From the NCBI GenBank assembly GCA_976551045.1, contig CDPCPM010000028.1, forward strand, positions 5,456,001 through 5,520,000: a DNA stretch of 64,000 nucleotides. The letters run 5' to 3'. Within the stretch, counting starts at the first letter, position 1. Each line of letters begins with the position of its first letter. A program made the position numbers and the translations under genes. The stretch comes from Glaucostegus cemiculus. Taxonomy: Eukaryota. The notes beneath the pieces were generated by a model. That model made no database searches, was not told where the DNA came from, and saw nothing but the letters and a program-made list of their open reading frames with translations. Of this stretch, positions 11,956 to 24,191 are shown one piece after another.

Positions 11956-13194
11956 CACAACAATGAGCACAAAGTCCCATTTTAACTGATGATGGAAATA
12001 CCGTCAGGAGAAATATCTTTCTAATGACCATTCACCAGCTGCATATCTGCTCAAATCCAGGCTTAGCATGGCTTTACCTTGCATTTTCTTTGTTTTGCAT
12101 TCTTTTTTTCCCTGGATTGGATTTTGAACAGGAATAAAGAATAAAGATGGTCCAATTAAAGCTTTGCCTCATTCAGAAAAAATATTTGGGGTATAATGTT
12201 TTAAATCTTGAACAACATTGGATGAGGCCTATGAGATGTTATGTACAGTACAAGACAGTGATACAATTGATGAATGGAAATAAACTCTATACTCTCAGCA
12301 CCAGGGACATCATTCAGTCTTATGACGTGGATGTCACCGGCAAGACCAGCAGTTATTACGCATAAGAAGTTGACAATGGGCCGCTTTGATCACTAGTTAG
12401 AGGCTTAATAAAATAGAGTGACTGACTAGGCTCTTTCACAGAACAACTAACATCTTCACCATGGAACATGCAGACCAGAACAGGCCTCGATGGCATAGAA
12501 GAGAAAACAATTGCCTTTCTTTGACAATTTGACATGGCCACTATTAGAGACACAAGTTCTTTAATTTCCAGACAAAATTCTTAACCTTCCAGAGTAAAAT
12601 TTGAATTTACGTTCTGTGAGTTATTAGCTCAGACATAACAGGGATGTGCCAGGAATTTAAGTTTGACTGCATTTGGAAGGACAGACAAACCAGTCTTTAA
12701 TGATATGGGATGCCGAGTGTGTGTGCATCCACAGACTTAAGCATTTTTTTAAGGTGATTATTGGTGGTGGAGTGTGGCATGCCTTCATACCCCTACTTTT
12801 GCACAACCCAATGGGGGTTCATAATTACAAGTCCAATGATGTAACCATTACACTATCAAAGCCCAGATACAAATGGTTCAAGATTGATTCCAAATTATTG
12901 GAATAAATGGTTTGTGACTAAGAGTGATTGCACCTTTAAAGGAAAGGCACAGAGGTCAGTCACCAGCTTTTTAATGGTGCAGCCTTAAGTAGCTTCACAC
13001 AATCTGCTGAACTGGCTGAAATGCACATAAACCCTGATGCAGGAGAGTTGAGCAAGGGAGTTATTTGTGAAAACTGCTTACACCATCACAAAGTTGCTGG
13101 TCTCATTTTTGCCTTGTGTTGTAGCAAGTGGATGAGTGTGAAACTTCACCAGTTAAATTGCGGACACACTGTCTCAGCTGATTGGAATCCAAAA

Positions 13195-13800
13195 ATGAAA
13201 CATATCAAATGTTGAAAATCGGAAATAAATGAGAAATACTCCACAGGTCAGACTACTTCTATGGAGAGAGAAAACAGTGCTAAGGTTTCAAGTCGATCAT
13301 TTCTCATCAGAATCAGGAAAGCCTTCAGATGCAGAGAAAAAGAGGGAAATGGAGAGAATTGAAGAGAAGGTCTGTAAAGTTGGGAGAGCAGTAGAGGTTG
13401 AATGATGCAAGTGGTGGTGATGTTAGCTAGAAGAGACTGTTGGAGGCTGGTAAGTGAAAAAAAAGTAGGTGCACATATTGATTGTACAAACAGGAGATAA
13501 ATCTGAAATCACCAGGAGAGGGGAATAAACTGAATTTTGGAAAAGCAAGACACATGGCTGAAACATCCATCCATCCATCTAACTGGGCACATTGCCACCA
13601 GCTGTTGATTCTGGAAGGCTGTAACATGTCCACTCCAAAGATAAGGCACCGCTTCCTGAATCTATCTTGGCCTCATAGGATCAAAGCAGAAGGACAAAGA
13701 AAAGTCAGAATGAGGAGCAGGATGGAGAATCAAAATAACGGGCAACTGGAAGCTCAGAGCCACAGAACAGTCACCCATTCTGCACCTGGCTCTCCAGTGT
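13195..13800 (-). mobile_element. Penelope-like element 3' part (decayed GIY-YIG C-terminus plus terminal module)
   Basis: 13590-13800 is homologous to 20410-20660. The terminal module with rc CTGATGA...GAAA is at 13286-13310. Confidence 0.65.
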
Positions 13801-13805
13801 AAAAG

Positions 13806-14103
13806 GGAAGCCTCTCATCCTTCTAAACTCCAGCGAATACAGGCCCAGGACCATCAAGCGCTGCTCATACATTAACCCTTTCATCTCTGGGATCATTCTC
13901 ATAAACCTCCTCTGGACCCTCTCCAATGCCAGCACATCCTTACTTAGATATGGGGACCAAAACTGCTCACAATACTCCAAATGTGGTCTGACAAATGCCT
14001 TATAAAGCCTCAGCATTACATCCTCGCTTTTATATTCTAGTCCTCTTGAAATGAATGCTAACATTGCATTTGCCTTCCTTACTACTGACTCAACCTGCAA
14101 TGC
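13806..14103 (-). mobile_element. CR1 LINE ORF2 fragment
   Basis: LQVESVVRKANAMLAFISRGLEYKS...VRPHLEYCEQFWSPYL...LERVQRRF. Confidence 0.9.
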
Positions 14104-14832
14104 CACTGAGTGAGAATTCTCACAAAATTCCCATCCATGCAAATGTGTAATTTACTGTTTTTAACATTCAGTTGCTCAACCCAGTGCCAACTTTCACCGA
14201 GCACAACAGCACATATTTTAAAGCTAATGCTTTTGTTTAAATGTTTATTTTCTATTGGATTAACTTGTGAATGTACAATTCAACAGGGCTGCAACAAAAA
14301 GCATTGATATAAAATTCTTACCCCAGTGTAATCCCGATCTACAAATGGTTTGCTTCTTTAAGTACATGACCTGTTTGTTCTAAAATGGATCGCAGCAATG
14401 TGGGTTTCAGATCTGATTTCCCTGCACAATTTCCAAAGCAAGGTGAGGTCAATCGTATTGTGCTAAATTGTGTATGTGCCACAATATGCAGCATGAATAA
14501 CATGTCAGACCTGACTCAATAATTCACAGTCGATTACAAATTTGAGTGGGAACAGAATCATTAGAATTGTCAATGCTGCACTTTAGTAACCCTGTTTTGG
14601 CAGTGCCATATGAAAATGTTACAAGGCAAAATTTTAGGGCATCACCAAACTCCATCTTACAGAAAGAAAAATAAAATGAAAGTGGGAACTTGCTCTGCAC
14701 AAATTGTCACTTTTTTTTCTGATTTACAACAAATTTACACTTCAAATGTAATTATTTTGCTATAAAAAGAGTTTTGGGATGTCCTGATGTTATCTGAAGT
14801 ATTATAGTAAAACTCCAACGATCTGACATGCA

Positions 14833-15127
14833 GGCAGGCATGGTAGTGTAATGGTTAGCATAACGCTATTACAGTGCCAGCGACCTGGGTTCAATTCTGG
14901 GCACCGTCTGTAAGGAGTTTGTATGTTCTCCCCGTGTCTGTGTGGCCGCCTTCTGAGTGCTTCAGTTTCTTCCCACATTCCAAAAGACGTACGGGTTAGG
15001 AATTTGTGGGCATGCTATGTTGGCACTGGAAACGTGGTGACACTTGCAGGCTGCCCCCAGAACACTACACAAAAGATGCTGTGTGTTTCAATGTACATGT
15101 GACTATTAAAGAAATCTTATTTTATCT
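14833..15127 (+). mobile_element. V-SINE, tail type B
   Basis: A box tggtagtgtaatgg, B box ggttcaattc, V domain gtctgtaaggagtttgtatgttctcccc, tail ...gtacatgtgactattaaagaaatcttat. Confidence 0.88.
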
Positions 15128-15134
15128 GTCTGTA

Positions 15135-15390
15135 AATCCTGATGCAATTATGAAGAAGGAACGCCAGTGGCTCTTTCTTCATTAGGAGTTTTGGTATGTC
15201 GTCAAAGACTTGCAAATTTCTACAGATGTACAGTGGAGAGCATTCTGACTGGTTGCATCACTGCCTGGGATAGAGGCTCCAATATGCAAGATCAAAAGAG
15301 GCTGCACAGGGTTGTAGACTCAGCCAGCTCCATCATGGGCACAACCCTCCCTGCCATCGAGGACATCTTCAAGAGGTGCTGCCTCAAAAC
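15135..15390 (+). mobile_element. Rex1/Babar LINE ORF C-terminal fragment
   Basis: LANFYRCTVESILTGCITAW...LHRVVDSASSIMGTTLPAIEDIFKR; homologous to 50719..51190. Confidence 0.85.
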
Positions 15391-15459
15391 AACAAATTTT
15401 ACATCATACAAGTCAGTGATAATGAACCAGATTCTGGTCCAGTATTTGGCTTACTCATT

Positions 15460-15635
15460 AGTCCAGAATCTGAGCTGAGAGTCCAGAGTGCAAGTGTCGT
15501 ATCTGGGCAAAGCTGGGCATCTGGAATGTAGCCGGAACCAGAGTTCAGACTCTGAGCCAGGTGTGTAGCTGAACTTGGAGTTGGGATCCAAAACACCAGG
15601 GAGGTTTGAAGCTGGAACCTGGATCTGGAGTGCTT
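15460..15635. repeat. Degenerate 6-bp-period minisatellite
   Basis: Recurrent units ccagag/ctggaa/ctggag/ctgagc. Confidence 0.4.
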
Positions 15636-15717
15636 GTGTATTTCACACTCCCTTTGAACTGAAAGAATTCACCAGAAAATGTATCATATTTAAATGTATT
15701 ATGAAGAAAAGGTGAAA

Positions 15718-15838
15718 TAAAGAGACTGCAGATAAGCTGGAGAAAAAGCAAACAGGTGGAGGAACTCAACGGGTCAGGCAGCACCTGTGGAGATGGAGGA
15801 GTTCTTGACATTTCTAGTTGAGACCCTGCACCAGGAAT
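15718..15838 (-). mobile_element. Penelope-like terminal module
   Basis: rc ctggtgcagggtctcaactagaaatgtc...cacaggtgctgcctgacccgttgagttcctccacc. Confidence 0.6.
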
Positions 15839-16524
15839 AAAAGCCTCAGAAATAAAAGTGTGTTTGAGTATTAAAATAAGGAACATCCAAAGGTCCGGAA
15901 GATCTGCTAGTCTAAGACTTCCAAAGTGCCTAGGAGACTGGATTATCAGAGCTTTCTGTATTTAAAAGCAAATTATTTCCAGCAAAAGTTGGTAATACTC
16001 TCTGCAGTGATTCTAAAACAGTTTCTTTTCCCCAGCATCTTTTAAAATTATATCCAATTTATGCCTCAAATTGGCAACCACTTGGGATGAAGTGGTTTAA
16101 TTTATCAATTCTCTAACAGGTGGCTTCTCCCTCCAGACTTAGCAAGCTCAGTGCCAAGTCCTACATTGGCTTCAAACCCAGATTCATAAATTGACAAGAT
16201 TGACTACAGGAAATCCTGTAAAGCTGGCACATGGTTAGTGCAAGGTCTGACTCACTTTGGCTACTGTAGTCTTGGCTCAGGGATTAGTATCTCGTGATAA
16301 CACAGCTACATTAAAAGGCTCCTGACCTCAGTGGCAAAAATTTGGTGTGAGATTTTGAACAGACTGCTCTGAAAGTTTACGATATGGAAATGAAGAGAGA
16401 ACAGCAGCAAGAAAACCTTCATAACACTTCTCAACATTTACCTTCTCACTTGTTGGTATTAGTTACAGCTCTTTGTTAATGTTAAAATAGGACCAAAGCT
16501 CGAAATATTCAGTGACAGAAAAGC

Positions 16525-16950
16525 AAAACAAAATCTGAAGATACTTGAAATCTGAAATAAAAGCAGAACACATTGGAAGTGCTCAGTAGATCAGGCAGTG
16601 AGGTCAAAGATCTTTCACTGCAATGAAGAAATATTTCAAAAACAAATACGTTTTATGTTGTATTCCCTCCAATTTAGAGTGATGCATTCAATGTTCACAC
16701 TGCAGTCTCCAGTACGCTGAAGAAATCAATTGTGTGACCACTCTACAGAACATCTTTGTTCAGTCCACAAGGGGATCCTGAGCTTCCTGTTGCCTGTCAC
16801 TTTAAGTTTCCATCTCACTCTCCTCTGATCTCTGTCTTTTACTTCTTAGACTGTTCCACCCAATATAAGCGTGAAGAAATGCATCTCATTTGCCATCTAG
16901 GATTGATACCACACTCAATAATGAATTCAATAATTGCAAATAACCAGCTT
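16525..16950 (+). mobile_element. Penelope-like GIY-YIG fragment preceded by an inverted terminal module
   Basis: QGDPELPVACHFKFPSHS...KREEMHLICHLG in ORF 16756..16977. 16525-16625 is the terminal module on the minus strand. Confidence 0.7.
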
Positions 16951-17539
16951 TTTAAGCTGTGCGTCAGCACTGGGTAGTTCTGATGTAAGGTTATGAAGCT
17001 GTAAGATGGTGGTGAACCTCCTCCTAGACAGTAGCAGACCTTCTGGTAAAGATCCTCCCACACTGCTGTCTGATAAAGCATTCTTGGATTTAGACCTAGC
17101 AACAATGAAGGAACAGTGCTATCTTTCCAGTTTAGGATGGTAGACAATTTGGAAGGGAACCTGTAGGTGGTGGTGTCCCTGCTCATGTCCTTCTTGACAT
17201 TAGAGGCTATTGGTTTGGAATATTTCTTCCAGTACATTTTCATTTTACTTTGGTCCATAGCCATGTGACCCACCTTTTCTCACATTTAACCAATGCCGTG
17301 GAAAAAGAATAGTTTTGCATTACTTGTTTGCAAATAAAGGAAATCACCAAACAATCATTTGCCGAAGATCAAAAAAACTGTAAATGCTTCAGTTGTGAAA
17401 TAAGAACAGAGAGTACCAGACGTGCTTACTCTTGCCAAGGAAGACTGCGTTGCTTCAGGAGGAGAGCATTTGAAAAATAGTTGCGTAACTTATCATAGAT
17501 ATGTTGAAGGTTAAGTTTCCAATTGCCTTTCTTCAAAAG

Positions 17540-17882
17540 CAGGTGTCACAGTGGTGCATATGGTCGAGTTACTGCCTCACAGCTCCAGCAACTGGCTTCA
17601 GTTCTGATCTTTAGTGCTGGCTGTGTGGAGTTTGCACATTTCTCCTGTGTACACGTGAGATTCCTCCAGGTGCTCCAGTTTTCTCCCACATTGTGCTGGT
17701 TGGTAGGTTAATTGTCCACTGTAAGTTACGCCTAGTGTGTAGGTGAGTGGTAGAATCTAGGGAGAGTGGAAGGGAAAGTGCGAGGAATAAATGAGATAGG
17801 TGTAAAATTAGTCTAAATGGGTACCTGCTGGTTGGCGCAGACTAGATGGGCTGAAGGTCCTGCTTTGCTGCTACATGACTCT
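17540..17882 (+). mobile_element. Older V-SINE
   Basis: Head cagtggtgcatatggt; V domain tgtgtggagtttgcacatttctcc; CR1-like tail atgggctgaaggtcctg. Confidence 0.75.
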
Positions 17883-17884
17883 GA

Positions 17885-19380
17885 GAAAGAAAGCGGGAAA
17901 TTGCAGGCCATTTAGATTAACATCTCTCATAACGAAAATGTTATAAGGTACTACTAAAAACATTATAGCAGGGTTCTTAAAAAATAATCAAGGTTATCAG
18001 GCAAAGCCAACATGGTCCTGTGAAACTGAAATCATGTTTATCAATTTATTGGACTTCTTTGAAGGAGGAATATGTACTGTAGATAAAGAGGAAGCAGTGG
18101 TCATAGTATAATTACATTTAAGGAATTTGTGAAGGTGCCACGACAAAGGTTATTGTAGAAAATAAATATTCACAATGTAGCAGATAACAGTGTAGGATAA
18201 ATGATCGTTTTTTTAACTTTTTTTTTTATAGCGTGGTAACAGCCCCTTTCGGCCCAATGACTCCGCGCCGCCCATTTTAAACCCCCAAATTAACTTACCC
18301 GTACGTCTTTCAGAATGTGGGAGGAAATCGGAGCACCCGGAGGAAACCCACGCAGACACGGGAAAATGTACAAACTCCTTACAGTCAGCGACGGGAATCG
18401 AACCCCAGTCGCTGGCACTGTAATAGCATCGCGCTAACCACTATGCTATCGTGCCGCCCCACGATTTGGGCGGTTAGCCACGGTTGGCTAACAGGAAACA
18501 GAAGGGCTGGTAGGATGGAACAAGTGGGCCTCGGCATCTTACAATTTATTTTAGTGACAGATGGAAGACGCAAAAATACAGTTGCTAAGTTCGTTTTGAT
18601 ACAAAGGTAGGGAGAAACATAAGGAGTGACGAAGGTTTAAGGAGGTGACAAAAGGATTTAATGAGTGGGCAAAGATCTGAAAAATGTGTGGGAAAATGTG
18701 ATTTGCCCTTTTTGACAGGAATATTATCTGAATGGTGAGGGATTGCAAAGCTCTGGGATGCAAAGGAGTTGGGATGTCCTGGTTTATGATTCACAAAAGA
18801 CTTGTATGCAGGTAGAGCAAGTCATTAGGAAAACCAACAAAATGTTATCGTTTATTTTTGGAAAACTGCATACAGACATAGGAAGGTTAATTGTAAAGGG
18901 CACTGATGAGACCATGTCTGTTGTATACTGTGCACAGTTCCAGTGTCCTTATTTAAAGATATATCCTACTGCACGAGAAGCAGAGCAGAGAAGGAATCTG
19001 CAGGAGATTAGATGAGTGAAAGGAGACTTAATTGAAACATATTAGACACCTGACGTTGAGGATGTGGAGTGGATGTTTCCTCTTGTTGAAGAATGTAGAA
19101 CTAGAGGTCTCTATTTCAAAATAGGGGTCTCCCAATTAAAACAGAGATGTTTTTATTTCTCCCTCAGGGAGTTATGAGTCTTTGGAACCCTGGGCAATGG
19201 AAGTGGAGTCATTAAATATTTTTAAGGCAGAGATAGATGGATACTTGGAAAACAAGGGAGTGACTGGTTACTGCAGGCATATAAGGAATGAAGTGTTGAT
19301 GTTACAATTAGATCAGCCATGATCTTATAAAATGGTGGAGAGGCTTGAGGGGCTAGTTGGCTTGCTCCTGCTATGATTTG
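17885..19380 (+). mobile_element. Old CR1 LINE (RT to 3' end) interrupted by a V-SINE
   Basis: Remnants SQHG..KSCLSIY, VAKF, DVLVYDSQKTCMQVEQVIRK; 3' UTR agatcagccatgatctta...ggcttgagggg. Confidence 0.75.
18208..18459 (-). mobile_element. Young V-SINE, tail type A (HE1-like)
   Basis: Near-identical to 32417 and 47711 in reverse; CpGs retained. Confidence 0.92.
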
Positions 19381-20034
19381 TTTGTTTGTAAGTTTGTAAG
19401 TGAGATTTGTTAACATTCACAAATACACATTGTGAATGTCTCATGGTATTACTCTGCTCATGGCACACAACCAGAGCTCAAATACATCCAAAGTAGAATG
19501 AAACCCAGTGAAGCAGAGGTGTACTGGCTAAATATGGGAAGGGGAAAATTTGTAAGAATGGGAGTCAGATTAATCAGTCAGTCTCCAAGGAGATGTCACA
19601 AGCAAGAGGGCTGAATGTCAATCTTCTGTGCTGTATCCCTCCGTATCTTGCTATAAATAAGAGGTGGAGATGCTCCGAAACAAACCGATTTTTGTTCATC
19701 TGGCAGTTACAAGCCACCCGGCTTCACTTTGGCCATCTGACTTCTTCCAGTCCCTTAATTACTTCTGATACTGAAAGCTAAGCTGGCTTGGACAGTGGTG
19801 ACAAAGGCTCCAGGTATTTGGAAATAAGTTCAGACCATCTGCCCACCTGAGAAGAACTAAATCAGAATCAAAAAGCTTACCAAACCCTCTCTTCATCAGC
19901 TGGCATCAGTCCTGGCAGTGAGTTAGGAACAAGAATTGCATTGCAAGACACAACGTTATCTCTTCCCAGGTTTAATGAATCCAAAAGCTTTTCCTTTTTT
20001 GTATTTTTCAAAGCTTTCAGTGAAAGACATGAAA

Positions 20035-20975
20035 TGTATGGAATAGAAACTTAAAATGCTGGAAGCACTGAGGAGGTGGGAGAGCACTGAGGAAAGATCA
20101 ACGGAGTTAACATTTCTGGTTGAAGACCTTTAAAACTGGGAAAGATAGAAAACAAGTTAGTTTTAAACTCCAGAGAGGGTGGAGACAGAGGGATTGGACA
20201 AAGAGAATACCTGTAATTGGGTGAAGCAAAGGTCGTTGTGGTGATAAACCACTAGTTGATTGGTTAATGAGGGTAGCAAGAGAGAAAGCTGCAAAATGCA
20301 GAGCTGTAAGAACTGCGCAGCTAGCAGCACTAGTGGAGAGAGAAGACCTGAGTCAGCATTACAGATAGATAATTGACAGCAAAATACGTTACAAACAGAG
20401 AAGCAGGTTAGTGAACTTATTGAATTCAGTATTGAGCCTAGAAGGCTGCAATGTTACCAGATGAAGATGAGGTGCTGTTCCTCAGGCTTGCATTGGGCCT
20501 TGCTATAACTGTGCAGGAGACCTCAGACAGACAGGTCAAAGAGTAAATTGAATGGAGAATTAAAGTGATAGCAACTGGAAACTTAAGGTCACCCCTACGG
20601 ACTGAAAGCAGGTCCTCCACAAGGTGGTCAGCCAATCTTGTGCTTTGTTTCTCCATTGCAGAGGGGACCACACTGCGAACATCAAATGTAATACACAAGA
20701 TTGTAAGAAATGCAAATGAATCTCAGCTTTAGCTCGAAGGACTGTTTAGGTCCCTGAATGGTGAGAAGGGAAGAGGTGAAACAACAGTGTTGCACCCTCT
20801 GCAGTTGCACGGGACGGTGACGTAAGATGGGGAGTGTTTGGGATGGGGATGGAAGAGTGGTCCAAGGAAATGCAAAGGGAACGGCCTGTTTGGAGTGCAC
20901 AAAGGCGGGGGGGGGAGGGGGAGAAGGAGGTAAAGAGTAGTAGAATTTCTTTGAAAGCAGCAGAAACTGTGAAGA
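20035..20975 (-). mobile_element. Penelope-like retroelement: GIY-YIG endonuclease remnant, 3' UTR and terminal module
   Basis: Minus strand gives IQGPKQSF..RFICISYNLVYYI*CSQCGPLCNGETK, RLADHLVEDLLSVRRGD and EEQHLIF. This is a decayed Penelope GIY-YIG with the CxxC insert. Confidence 0.85.
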
Positions 20976-20992
20976 ATCTTCAACATTTTTAC

Positions 20993-21065
20993 TTCATGGA
21001 TGTCACCTGACCATCTGAGTGTCTCCAGCATTTTCTGCTTTTTATTCAGCTTCTGCAACTTTATT
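20993..21065 (+). mobile_element. Inverted terminal-module copy at the 5' end of the Penelope element
   Basis: cctgaccatctgagtgtctccagcattttctgctttttattc, opposite in orientation to 20035-20140. Confidence 0.65.
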
Positions 21066-21139
21066 CTGATTTTCTCAGCTTTTGGGTTGAAAATCAATGC
21101 ATCTGGCTCAAATCCCTTTCAAACTGATGAGAATTCATC

Positions 21140-21295
21140 AAACCTCTCCCTTTCCAACAGCACAGTGCCAATATCTTCAAAATATGGACTCCAGCAGATC
21201 AAGAAGGCAGCTCACCTCCATCTCCTCAAGGGCAATCAGGGATGTGGAATAAATGCTGAGCTTGCCAACGATATCCACATCCCATCAATAAAGCA
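21140..21295 (+). mobile_element. CR1-group LINE extreme 3' end (distinct family)
   Basis: SNSTVPISSKYGLQQIKKAAHLHLLKGN then tail aagggcaatcagggatg...aataaatgctg. Same tail at 22765-22900 (-) and 44630-44742 (+). Confidence 0.6.
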
Positions 21296-23177
21296 GCAAT
21301 GCCAGAGAAAGTAGAGGATTGACTGCAGTGGTTAAATTCTCATTGGGTGCATAACTAATGCTGGAGGTGGAAGGATTTTGAAAGGAGATTTATATTATGG
21401 TTCAAGAACATAAAAGGTAAAGAAGTTAAAATCCTGTCAGTGTAACATAGGTGACAGGGAAGTTATTGGAAATCATTATGAAGAATAAAGTAATCCTTTA
21501 TTCAGAAAGGTATTGTCCACTCCAGGAGAACCATCTCCTATGGCAAATTGCAAAGGAATAGCCTCATTGAATTCTTTAGTGAGATCATGATGGATGTTAT
21601 CAAGGAAATGTAGAGACCAGCAAATGGCATCTGATAAACTGTCAATCAAGCAGTTTAGTTAGATGAAGGAACCCAGCAGAATTAAGGTGAAAGTCCACCC
21701 TACTGATTATTGCAGCTCGCTGCCCCAACCAACTGCCCCACGATCTCCTTTCTCTGAATCATTGGGGAATTGCAAAGAGGAAGTCAGTATTGTCTCACGC
21801 ACGTGTGAGGCCGAGCACAGAGGCATCGAGGGCTTCCCACGTAGTTCCTTTAACTTCGTGCATTGTAAGGTAGAGTATTACACCCCGGGGCCTCACAGGT
21901 GGGGCAAACAGGGCCTAAGGAAAACTTCCAATAAAAACATCTTGAATTATGGTTGAATGCACATGTTAATCTTAGTATGCATGTACATGGCCTCATTTAA
22001 CTTTTTGTACCTGCACATTATTAATTCTCACACACTGTATCCACTGACAATATTGTGGCCTTGAGGTTTCCGGTAACTCTGCACATTCGTTGCTTCTGCA
22101 GTTTTCAAGTTTCAGGTACTTTCAAATCATCTGATATCAGCATGCAATTATTTTGTACAAGTGCCTAATGCTCAGATACACCAAAGATATACAGTGGATC
22201 ATAAACAGAATTGATTCTGTGTTCTATTTCTGGATCCCATTCCTCATTGTCTGCTCAAAGTATGGAAGCTCTCAGCAATATGACGAAAGGTTACTGGTGA
22301 AGAGTTTTCATGCTACACTTCCTTGTCTGACTTACAGCCCAGAACCGCACATGTTTTAAATCCAATTTAAAAGTAAGAGCAATTCTGGGAAAACAAATTG
22401 TTTCCAGTGAGGCCATAATTTAGTGCTTTCAACAGTTAGTTTCTGCAGGTTATGAGCTCATGGCACTTTAGCAATGTGCGCGTGTGACTGTGGAAAGAAT
22501 CTGACCTCATTAACACTGAGTCTATGCCAAAGAACAGAGACTCTTGGCAACAATCCAGGCTTGGAACAATTTGGCACCAATGAAACTGGTGAAAGGGTCA
22601 GTTGTGAGGGTGAGGGTGATGGTGATGGTGACAGGGCATGGAAATGAAAGTTATGACAGGTGTTGCAGCTTCCCCCAGGTCGAAACGATGTGGGTGCTGT
22701 CAAACAAAGCTGGGGCAATGATAAATGGCTGTCAGTACCCCAATGATAAAATGAGTGATCCTTAGTTGTGGGTATCTAGGCCAGCACTGGCACTGCCAAC
22801 ATTTATTGACCCTCCCTAATCGCAATTGAAAGGTGGTGGTGAACCACTTTCCTGAACCATTGTAGATTGAGTGGTGAAGGAGCTCCCACTGTGGGGGCAG
22901 GTAAGGAATGACAGAAATGGACCCCATGATATAAATAAGGAACCTCTTGATCTGCTCCATTGGTGATGACATACCACCAAGTCAGACTGGTGGGTGACAG
23001 GGAGGTGAGCATATAGACAGTAGACCCTCCATCTGCCTATGCCCTTAACTCTTTGGATAGGGGAGCAGCTGAGTGGGATTTTTACTTGCACGTTCTCTGG
23101 GATGCATTATAATCCATTGATTTACAGTTGTACTCTAACCTCTACGCCATGTCCTGGGATGAGGATCACTCCTGAGG

Positions 23178-23179
<2 letters not shown>

Positions 23180-23227
<48 letters not shown>
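23180..23227. repeat. (GT)n microsatellite, about 24 units
   Basis: Perfect GT run. Confidence 0.98.
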
Positions 23228-23230
<3 letters not shown>

Positions 23231-23504
23231 AATTCAGGTTGGCACTCTAATGTGGGACTGCATTGTCTGGGGAGCTGGCTGAGAATCATCTACTTTCTCA
23301 GGTGCGTGCTTGAGAACCACTGACATTATTTGTTGAGCATCAGGGGGATTTTACCAGTGCCCTGGACAACACCTTATTATTTAACTTACATAATTAAAGT
23401 TATTATCACACACAATGATTGTGCTTCTCAACATACTTCTTTGGTTGTGAAATGCTTTGTTTCACTCTCAAGTGATATCAGAGCTGCTAAATAAATACAA
23501 GCAA

Positions 23505-23720
23505 ATGTGTGTGCATATATAGATATGTGTGTGTGCATGAGCACATGTATATGTGTGTGTGTGTGTAGGTGTGTATTGTGTATGTATCTGTGTGTATGTA
23601 TGTGTATGTGTGTTGTCTATATGTATGTGCCAGTGTATGTATGTATATATATGCACTTACCTGTGTATGCGTGTGCATGTGTGTGCACGTGCATGCAAGT
23701 GTGTGCAAGTGTGTGTATGT
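23505..23720. repeat. Compound degenerate (TG/TA/CA)n alternating purine-pyrimidine tract
   Basis: Seen directly; explains the spurious Cys/Val- and His/Thr-rich ORFs. Confidence 0.95.
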
Positions 23721-24191
23721 CTCAATGCCAGAGTGTAGGGAACAAGACACAAAGGATTGAAGGGGCAGAGTGTCAGACCTTTGTTAGCAGTCCAGCAGTT
23801 TTTCTGTCTTTAAGTACTGTTTATCCTCAATTTTTGACCTCTGCCTCAAAATCATTTCTTCCTTCTTATCCAATTCTGCTCAAGTTATCTCCACCTACCA
23901 CCTTCCCTCCCACCCTCAATACTTGCCCTTGATATGTGACAACCTGTTGGAAGAAATCATTTGATCCTAGGGCAGGAACATTTGGTACTTTGAACCAAGA
24001 GGTTACTTCCCAGCTTTATTTTTTAAAATGGCTTCCTGCTGATCAAAGCAGAGGCTATCATATTGTGATGTCTGGCAAGGTGCCACATCTAACAGAAAGC
24101 ATTGAGTGAACAATGGTTCGATCCAGAATGCAGATTAAAATTGCTGGGGGGGGGGGGGTGAATTGTTAGGAGGGATTAAGACAAACCTGTA

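Noticed and set aside
23468-23932. Cys/Val- and His/Thr-rich ORFs
   Set aside because: Translations of TG/CA microsatellite.
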